From assembly GCA_934101185.1 (NCBI GenBank), contig CAKOQD010000001.1:25681-89680 (forward strand): 64,000 nt of DNA, read 5' to 3'. The DNA comes from an uncultured Bacilli bacterium. GTDB lineage: Bacteria; Bacillota_I; Bacilli_A; RF39; UBA660. Shown piece after piece: positions 48,115-54,485 of this stretch. The notes under the pieces are model-generated. The model was not told the DNA's origin and searched no databases. It worked only from the letters and a program-made list of their open reading frames with translations. Positions within the stretch are counted from its first letter, which is position 1, and each line of letters begins with the position of its first letter. A program made the translations under genes and the position numbers.

Positions 48115-48612
48115 TTACAACTCACTTTGTTCTACATTTGCTTCTATTTTAACATAATCACTAATATTTTGATAAATATATGATTTATCACTTTCATTCC
48201 ATATAATTTCTAAAACATAATTATCAGTAACTTTAGAACCCGCTGCTAACTGAAATTTGTCACTCCTATTATCAGTAAGAAGTAACTCTTCTCTCTGATT
48301 ATCATCAACTCTATAAAGTTTAAACTCTAAAGGTAAATTATCAACATTAACAAATAAAGAATAATAAAGTGCAATATCATTAACTAAATCATTATTAAAA
48401 TTAGTAACCTGAAAAGGAATTTCAATATTTTTAACTGGACTAACCTTTTCACTAACATCAGTAATTGAAAGATTTAAGATAGGTTTAGCAATATACATTT
48501 TATTACTAAGTTCAATGTTTTCATTATATTTAGAAATACTCGGAGACATAAAAAGCACTAAAAAAAGCATGAAATATATAATTAAAAAATACAAATATTT
48601 TTTCTTTAGCAC
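48115..48612 (-). CDS. small TasA/camelysin-like secreted protein
   Basis: 165 aa with a signal anchor followed by 'SISKYNENIELS...YIAKPILNLS'. It sits within the operon. Confidence 0.4.
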   Translation of the reverse strand: MLKKKYLYFLIIYFMLFLVLFMSPSISKYNENIELSNKMYIAKPILNLSITDVSEKVSPVKNIEIPFQVTNFNNDLVNDIALYYSLFVNVDNLPLEFKLYRVDDNQREELLLTDNRSDKFQLAAGSKVTDNYVLEIIWNESDKSYIYQNISDYVKIEANVEQSEL

Positions 48613-48626
48613 ATTATCCCTCCTAA

Positions 48627-49073
48627 CTATTTTTTACTAGGTATTAAAGCAGTTATAATAAAACCAAATATAAACAGAACTATCCAAAACAACGGTTTAG
48701 ATGTATATCTAACAATACAACTAGTATTTAAAATCAAAACAACTTTACCAACAACATCACTAACACGAATTGGATCATCTAAAGCATTATTATAATCACC
48801 TTTAGTTACTACATTAAGTTCATTAACTCCAACAATTCTATGAGTTATATAATCATCATCATTTTTATATGTTACTATATCATTAACAAAATAAGTATCT
48901 TGTTTCTTAATCAATATTATATCCCCAACCTTAATAGTGGGTTGCATACTTCCAGAAACAACTGTAAACATCTGATAACCAAAAAATGAAATATGTAAGA
49001 TATTTAATAGTTTTATAATTAAAATAAGTATAACTAAAATATAAAAGAAAATACTAAATATTTTTTTTAACAT
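48627..49073 (-). CDS. sipW: signal peptidase I, SipW (archaeal/ER Ser-His) type
   Basis: 'VVSGSMQPTIKVGDIILIKK', 'THRIVG', 'TKGDYNNALD' and a C-terminal TM helix. Confidence 0.8.
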   Translation of the reverse strand: MLKKIFSIFFYILVILILIIKLLNILHISFFGYQMFTVVSGSMQPTIKVGDIILIKKQDTYFVNDIVTYKNDDDYITHRIVGVNELNVVTKGDYNNALDDPIRVSDVVGKVVLILNTSCIVRYTSKPLFWIVLFIFGFIITALIPSKK

Positions 49074-49082
49074 CTTTTAACC

Positions 49083-49649
49083 TCATAAATTTATTAATTC
49101 AGTAACATTTGTATCATACTGAGTACCAACAATTTCAATAGGTACCACCAATTCACTAACATTCATTCCAACATAAGTATCATTATCAATATCATCCACT
49201 ATATACAGCCATTTCCAATATATATTAATATCAATACCATCTATATCATTATGTTTAAGTGTACCTTCTATACCATTACTACTAAGTTCTTTAGTCATCT
49301 CTTTATCAGTATAAAACTTCAAATTATTTGGTGCATTTACAATCCCATTAATTTTAACATTAAACTTAACACCAGTCTCAGTATTAGCATTATTTAATTT
49401 AAGATTAATTACACCACTAGTTCCTGGAGCAATTTTACCATTAGAAAGAGTCGATTCATCATATGTACCATTAATATTTATATTTATAACAGTATTTTTA
49501 TTATCACCAAGAAATGTCCACTTTGCAACATTTAAAAAGCCATAATTTGAAACATTATCAGTATAACTTGCATAAGTCAAAGTATTACCAAAAACTACAA
49601 TACCAATAACTATAAACAAAACAACCATTAATAATCTTTTAACCCTCAT
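49083..49649 (-). CDS. TasA/camelysin-like fibre subunit candidate
   Basis: 'LTYASYTDNVSNYGFLNVAKWTF', 'IAPGTSGVINLKLNN' and 'NIYWKWLY'. It is comparable with B. subtilis TasA 'TWAAFND...', 'KPGDK' and the C-terminal W. Confidence 0.5.
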   Translation of the reverse strand: MRVKRLLMVVLFIVIGIVVFGNTLTYASYTDNVSNYGFLNVAKWTFLGDNKNTVINININGTYDESTLSNGKIAPGTSGVINLKLNNANTETGVKFNVKINGIVNAPNNLKFYTDKEMTKELSSNGIEGTLKHNDIDGIDINIYWKWLYIVDDIDNDTYVGMNVSELVVPIEIVGTQYDTNVTELINL

Positions 49650-50137
49650 TCCTCCATCACCACCTTATTTTTGTTTAAAATAAACTTATCTAAAACAAAG
49701 AATAACAAGAAGAAAATAATTATCAAAAACTTATACTTTAAAAACAAAGTAATAATTAAAAACTTATAAACATACTTTCCAACAACATCATCAATAGATA
49801 TCATTTCATCACATGCACCATTAGCATCACCCTTTGTTATTATTCCATCATCTGCTATAGAAACAATTCTATGAGTAACATAAGAATCATCAACTTTATA
49901 AGTAATGATATCCCCCACTTTATAATTATCATAACTTTTTACAACAATCAAATCATTAATATGCAATTCACTTTCCATACTAGATGATGCAACTTCAAAG
50001 AAATAATACTTATCAAAAAATGAAACAACATCTTTATTAGTCAATCTCTGATACCCAACTATACAAATATATATAATCAATACAATGCATATAAAATAAA
50101 AAGTAAAATCAACTATTTTCCTTAAAAAATTAATCAT
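49646..50137 (-). CDS. sipW: second SipW-type signal peptidase I
   Basis: 'VASSSMESELHINDLIVVKS', 'THRIVS', 'TKGDANGACDE' and a C-terminal TM helix. Confidence 0.7.
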   Translation of the reverse strand: MINFLRKIVDFTFYFICIVLIIYICIVGYQRLTNKDVVSFFDKYYFFEVASSSMESELHINDLIVVKSYDNYKVGDIITYKVDDSYVTHRIVSIADDGIITKGDANGACDEMISIDDVVGKYVYKFLIITLFLKYKFLIIIFFLLFFVLDKFILNKNKVVMEE

Positions 50138-50864
50138 TTATCTGTTCTGCCTTTATATTAATTTTTAATTTGTAATTAGCAACACCACTACTACCAATTG
50201 ACGTATCATTTGAACTATCAAACCATTTCCATTCAAGATAGTATGTGTCATCATTACCACTAAATAAATTAACATCATTTTGATTTAAACTTGTATAATA
50301 AGACCAATCACTAACAATATAATTATTACCATTTAACAAACGATATTTCATATTAATACTATAATCATTTGTTTCTTCAAAAAGCATAGTATATTTAATA
50401 TTAAACCTAGTTTTATTACTAACAACAAATTTATATTTTCCAGTAATTCCCGGTGCAATAATATTAGAATTTTTATAAGTAGAATTCTCAAATATTTTTA
50501 AATCGTTATCAGAACGCCAAGAAATATTATCATCATAAATTTCTATCTCATCACTATACTCTGTTTTTGAATTATTATTGCTAGTATTATCATTATTATC
50601 AAAGTTATTTATTTTACTATTTTCATACTTGCCAACAGATGTACTTGTTTTATTACCACTGACATTATCATCAGAACTAATATTATTATCAGTATCTTGT
50701 TTGTCATTACACTTACAATCATAATCACATTTTATTTCAAAAACATTAACAACATCTTCACAATCATCTTTAGTAAAAAAGCCATTAAAACATATAAAAA
50801 ATAATAACAATAAAATTATAACTATTAAAATCACAATTGTAATCTTATATTTTTTATTACTCAT
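50130..50864 (-). CDS. membrane-anchored protein with Cys cluster, Asn-rich linker and TasA-like C-terminal domain
   Basis: Start MSNKKYK at 50864 after GAGGTG. It has a TM helix, 'CEDVVNVFEIKCDYDCKC', and then 'IAPGITGKYKFVVSN ... YYLEWKWFD'. Confidence 0.45.
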   Translation of the reverse strand: MSNKKYKITIVILIVIILLLLFFICFNGFFTKDDCEDVVNVFEIKCDYDCKCNDKQDTDNNISSDDNVSGNKTSTSVGKYENSKINNFDNNDNTSNNNSKTEYSDEIEIYDDNISWRSDNDLKIFENSTYKNSNIIAPGITGKYKFVVSNKTRFNIKYTMLFEETNDYSINMKYRLLNGNNYIVSDWSYYTSLNQNDVNLFSGNDDTYYLEWKWFDSSNDTSIGSSGVANYKLKINIKAEQIND

Positions 50865-50936
50865 AAATTCACCTCTTATTGTTCCACTAAAGACTACAAA
50901 ACTATAATCTTTAGTGGAAGAATAATCTTCCAACCA

Positions 50937-51497
50937 TTAAGCAATATGTTGTTTAACAACTACATTAACAGGAATTTCTAATGTTCCAGCATTAATTCCA
51001 GTTGCAGTATCTTTAGTATTATTAGCTTCATCATTAGCCCATTCTACTTCAATAGTAACATTTACTTTAGTACCATCAGTAACTTCTGTTAAAGATAAAC
51101 TACCAGTATATGCTCCATTAGAACTAGTTAAAGCATTATCGCCAACTTTTACTGATTTAATTGCTAAACCAGCATCAGTTAAATTAGAAGCATCAATTGA
51201 GATAGAATAATCAATAGCAACTTCTGATCCAGTTGGGTCAATAGTAAGGTTCCCAACAGCAGTACTTCCAGGTGCAACTTTTCCAGAAACTACATTAGCA
51301 TTAGCAGTAACAGTAAATGGAACTTTAACAGAATCAGATAATTCATTAGTACCATCAGTAACTTTAACTGCCCATTTTGCAACACTAACTTCACCTTTTC
51401 CAGAAACTTCAGTCACATAACGTGCAAAAGTAAAACCACCAAAACTTAACAATAATGCCACAACTAATAATAATGTTACTAAATTTCTTTTTTTCAT
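50937..51497 (-). CDS. TasA/camelysin-like fibre subunit candidate (first gene of the operon)
   Basis: 'FGGFTFARYVTEVSGKGEVSVAKWAV', 'VAPGSTAVGNLTI' and 'IEVEWAND'. Its codon usage and operon position suggest it is the major subunit. Confidence 0.55.
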   Translation of the reverse strand: MKKRNLVTLLLVVALLLSFGGFTFARYVTEVSGKGEVSVAKWAVKVTDGTNELSDSVKVPFTVTANANVVSGKVAPGSTAVGNLTIDPTGSEVAIDYSISIDASNLTDAGLAIKSVKVGDNALTSSNGAYTGSLSLTEVTDGTKVNVTIEVEWANDEANNTKDTATGINAGTLEIPVNVVVKQHIA

Positions 51498-51630
51498 AAA
51501 TACTCCTCCTTACAACATATTAGTAGAGTACAAACAATACCCTACTATAATGAATTATATCATATATTGTCGAAAAATGAAACAAAAAATAAATCAATTA
51601 CCAATAACTACAAAAAAATAAACAATAAAA

Positions 51631-51654
51631 ACAAAAAAGAGTCATAAAACTCTT
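51631..51654 (-). terminator. intrinsic terminator after tRNA-Arg(CCT)
   Basis: AAGAGT / ACTCTT stem followed by TTTTTGTTTTT on the minus strand. Confidence 0.5.
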
Positions 51655-51665
51655 ATAACACTAAA

Positions 51666-51742
51666 TGGCGTCCCCGATTGGATTTGAACCAACGACCTAT
51701 TGCTTAGGAGGCAATTGCTCTATCCAGCTGAGCTACGAGGAC
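51666..51742 (-). tRNA. tRNA-Arg (anticodon CCT)
   Basis: Acceptor GTCCTCG/CGGGGAC (one G-U pair), anticodon loop CTCCTAA, T-loop GGTTCAAATCC, encoded CCA. Confidence 0.9.
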
Positions 51743-51750
51743 AAAAAAGA

Positions 51751-52233
51751 TTATCTAAAGAAGCAAAAACTTATAACCAAACATAAAAATGAATACTTAG
51801 CAAAATAATATCTACAAGACATAATCTCATATATCGCAGAAACATCATCAATAATATCCACAATAACACTTTCTAAATACTTAGGAACTTTTCCCCCAAT
51901 AGGAAACATATGAGAACATATAATATTCTTTTCCATATCATTTAAACTAACTAAATTACTAGCATTAACAATTGCTCTTTCATAATGATGAGTAAGCCTA
52001 TACAATTTACTATTAGAACTAAACTCTTCATTAAAAAAATAATCATGAAGAAGACCCGCTTTACTAGCACTAACATAATCTAAACCAAGTCTTTTACATA
52101 CTTTATAAGCTCTATAAGAAACCCTAATAGAATGATCAAGCCTACTACCATGATGATGTACTTCATCATCAAGCTTCTTAAAAGATTCGTTATCTAAAAT
52201 ATCACTAACTATATCCAAATACTCTTTATTCAT
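51751..52233 (-). CDS. HD-domain phosphohydrolase
   Basis: 'HHHGSRLDHSIRVS' and 'LHDYF' form the HD signature; 160 aa. Confidence 0.65.
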   Translation of the reverse strand: MNKEYLDIVSDILDNESFKKLDDEVHHHGSRLDHSIRVSYRAYKVCKRLGLDYVSASKAGLLHDYFFNEEFSSNSKLYRLTHHYERAIVNASNLVSLNDMEKNIICSHMFPIGGKVPKYLESVIVDIIDDVSAIYEIMSCRYYFAKYSFLCLVISFCFFR

Positions 52234-52297
52234 AAATCAACCCACCAAAAAAATTATAACACAAAATAAAAAACCCTACAAGGGTTATTAAACATAA

Positions 52298-52374
52298 TGG
52301 TCGGAGAGACAGGATTTGAACCTGCAACCCCTTGGTCCCAAACCAAGTGCTCTACCAAGTTGAGCCACTCTCCG
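52298..52374 (-). tRNA. tRNA-Pro (anticodon TGG)
   Basis: Acceptor CGGAGAG/CTCTCCG, anticodon loop TTTGGGA, T-loop GGTTCAAATCC, encoded CCA. Confidence 0.9.
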
Positions 52375-52378
52375 ATAA

Positions 52379-52455
52379 TGGCGTCCTGGAAGGGATTCGA
52401 ACCCCTGACCGCCGGCTTAGAAGGCCGATGCTCTATCCAGCTGAGCTACCAGGAC
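52379..52455 (-). tRNA. tRNA-Arg (anticodon TCT)
   Basis: Acceptor GTCCTGG/CCAGGAC, anticodon loop CTTCTAA, T-loop GGTTCGAATCC, encoded CCA. Confidence 0.9.
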
Positions 52456-52499
52456 ATCCATCTGCATTTCATAAATGCTATTTAATTATACAACAAAAC

Positions 52500-53423
52500 T
52501 TAATAAATATCAATATCTTTTTTATCTTTTTCTAAAATTTTAACACCATCAACATTTATTTTAACCTTAGAAACAGAATAATTAGAAAACAAAGAACATA
52601 AAAGAGGCTTAACAACAGTATCAGAAACATTATCAAAAGAATCAGTAAAATCAAGACTAATAACATCATCATCTATATCATAAGAAACTAACTTAACACT
52701 ATCACTAAGCATAGAAATCAAATTATCATGATACAAAAAACTAGATAACTCCTCCACTATTATCTCAAGCTTTTCCCTCTTATCATTAACATACTTAGTA
52801 ACAGGAATCAAATAATAATCATCATTATTCTTAGTATAGTAATAAAGATTAATCCTCTTAATATCCATATTACTACTAAGAGAATAACTCTTATTTATAC
52901 CATAATCATCATACAAAACAGTAGGCAATTTCTTGTTAGTATTAGGAACATATTTAAGAAGTGAGTCTTCAACATATATCTCAACACCAACAACCTCATC
53001 AAAACCAAGCAAAGTATAAAGTAAAGACTCAATCATAGCATCAGACTGTTCACTACTAATATTAAGAAGCTCCTTAGAAAAAACAACCTTTAAAATATCC
53101 CCATCCAACTTAACAGAAATAAGCTTAGTATCTCTAGGTAATATAGGCTTAAAATAACTAGGTAACAAAGAATTCTTATTATTATCAATAATCATAATAT
53201 CAATAACATTAGAAACCTTCTCCTCCAAAGTATCCCCATCAAGAAACACACTAGTCATAGAAACATAAGAATCATCATTAATAGTATATAAAGAAACTTT
53301 ATAAGAAGAATTAGAATAAGACTCTTTATCAACACCAGTCTTACTAAAACTAAAAAGTACAAAAGCAATAAACACAATCAAAGTAGTAAAAAATATCTTA
53401 TTAATAGACCTTTTCCAAAACAT
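52500..53423 (-). CDS. GerM-like sporulation/germination lipoprotein-type protein (GerMN repeats)
   Basis: TM/signal anchor followed by two similar halves of about 130 aa ('VKLDGDILKVVFSKELL', 'YDIDDDVISLDFTDSF'). It sits next to the gerE-like gene. The start is probably ATG at 53423. Confidence 0.45.
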   Translation of the reverse strand: MFWKRSINKIFFTTLIVFIAFVLFSFSKTGVDKESYSNSSYKVSLYTINDDSYVSMTSVFLDGDTLEEKVSNVIDIMIIDNNKNSLLPSYFKPILPRDTKLISVKLDGDILKVVFSKELLNISSEQSDAMIESLLYTLLGFDEVVGVEIYVEDSLLKYVPNTNKKLPTVLYDDYGINKSYSLSSNMDIKRINLYYYTKNNDDYYLIPVTKYVNDKREKLEIIVEELSSFLYHDNLISMLSDSVKLVSYDIDDDVISLDFTDSFDNVSDTVVKPLLCSLFSNYSVSKVKINVDGVKILEKDKKDIDIY

Positions 53424-53471
53424 ACACCTCACCAATTAAATATATGAAAAAACATGTGCATTTAGCACATG

Positions 53472-53723
53472 TTATAGTGATAATTCCCTTAGTTTCAAAA
53501 GTTCTACAACTGCAGCAGCTCGTCCTTTAACCCCAAGTTTCTGCATAGCATTGGAAATATGATTCCTTACTGTCTTTTCACTAATATTAAGCTTACTAGC
53601 AATTTCCTTAGTAGTCTTATTCAAAATCAATAATTCAAACACTTCTTTTTCCCTTTTTGTAAGTATAGATTTTCTCAAAAAGCATTCCCTCACTTTCAGA
53701 TTGGGTGGTTTTATATTATCCAA
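53472..53723 (-). CDS. gerE: LuxR/GerE-type HTH transcription regulator
   Basis: 83 aa. 'LTKREKEVFELLILNKTTKEIASKLNISEKTVRNHISNAMQKLGV' is a stand-alone GerE-like HTH. Confidence 0.65.
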   Translation of the reverse strand: MDNIKPPNLKVRECFLRKSILTKREKEVFELLILNKTTKEIASKLNISEKTVRNHISNAMQKLGVKGRAAAVVELLKLRELSL

Positions 53724-53752
53724 TATATTTTATGAGAAAAATCTATAAAACG

Positions 53753-54256
53753 TTACTTAGAAAACTTTACAGAAACACTAACATAAGAATTAAACTCATC
53801 TTGAACCAAATTCATAATCTTATTAGCAAGCTTCACATCATGATCCTTCTTATCAACAACAACAGAAACTTTAGAAGAATCAACCTCTACAAAACTATTA
53901 AGAGAAAGTTCATTCTTAATCTTAGAAACAAGAGCCTCCTCCATTGCCTTAGTAGAATTAATATTCTTAATACCCTCATAAGCACCATTCTTATCACTAG
54001 TACTAGCACTACTATCAGACAAAATAGACTCATACTTCTTCAAAGACTCATTCCTCTTCTCATCAAGCTCAATCTTTAAAGTAGCTAAATAATTAGACTC
54101 AGAAACCTCCTTATTAACAGACTTAGTATCAGTAGAAGTATCATTATCAATAATACTATTAGTAAACACTTCGTTAGGCATTGTTATATAATATACACTA
54201 AGTACTAATACCAAACTAAATAAAGTTAAAAACCACAACCCTTGCTTATTTATCAT
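53753..54256 (-). CDS. SpoIIIAH-like protein
   Basis: The N-terminus 'INKQGLWFLTLFSLVLVLSVYYITMP' parallels Bacillus SpoIIIAH 'KKQTVWLLTMLSLVVVLSVYY'. A YscJ/FliF-like C-terminal part follows. Confidence 0.5.
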   Translation of the reverse strand: MINKQGLWFLTLFSLVLVLSVYYITMPNEVFTNSIIDNDTSTDTKSVNKEVSESNYLATLKIELDEKRNESLKKYESILSDSSASTSDKNGAYEGIKNINSTKAMEEALVSKIKNELSLNSFVEVDSSKVSVVVDKKDHDVKLANKIMNLVQDEFNSYVSVSVKFSK

Positions 54257-54283
54257 ATAATAAACCTCCTAAAGAATTATATG

Positions 54284-54308
54284 AAAAAAAAGAGTTATTA
54301 GAACTCTT
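54284..54308 (-). terminator. intrinsic terminator about 180 nt downstream of the VR3 gene
   Basis: AAGAGTT-ATTAG-AACTCTT stem followed by a T-run on the minus strand. Confidence 0.6.
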
Positions 54309-54485
54309 TATAATTTGCTATTCAATCAACACGATGAAACCAAAAATGAAAAGGAAAAGTACGAAAGTTGTAAAACATTTTTTTCCTTTCTTTCTATTTT
54401 GCTGTGCCAGTTCTTTGAACTGGGTCAGTTTGGGAGAAAAAAAATAACAATTAGTTTATCATCTCCAAAGGAGCCACTGACTTCG

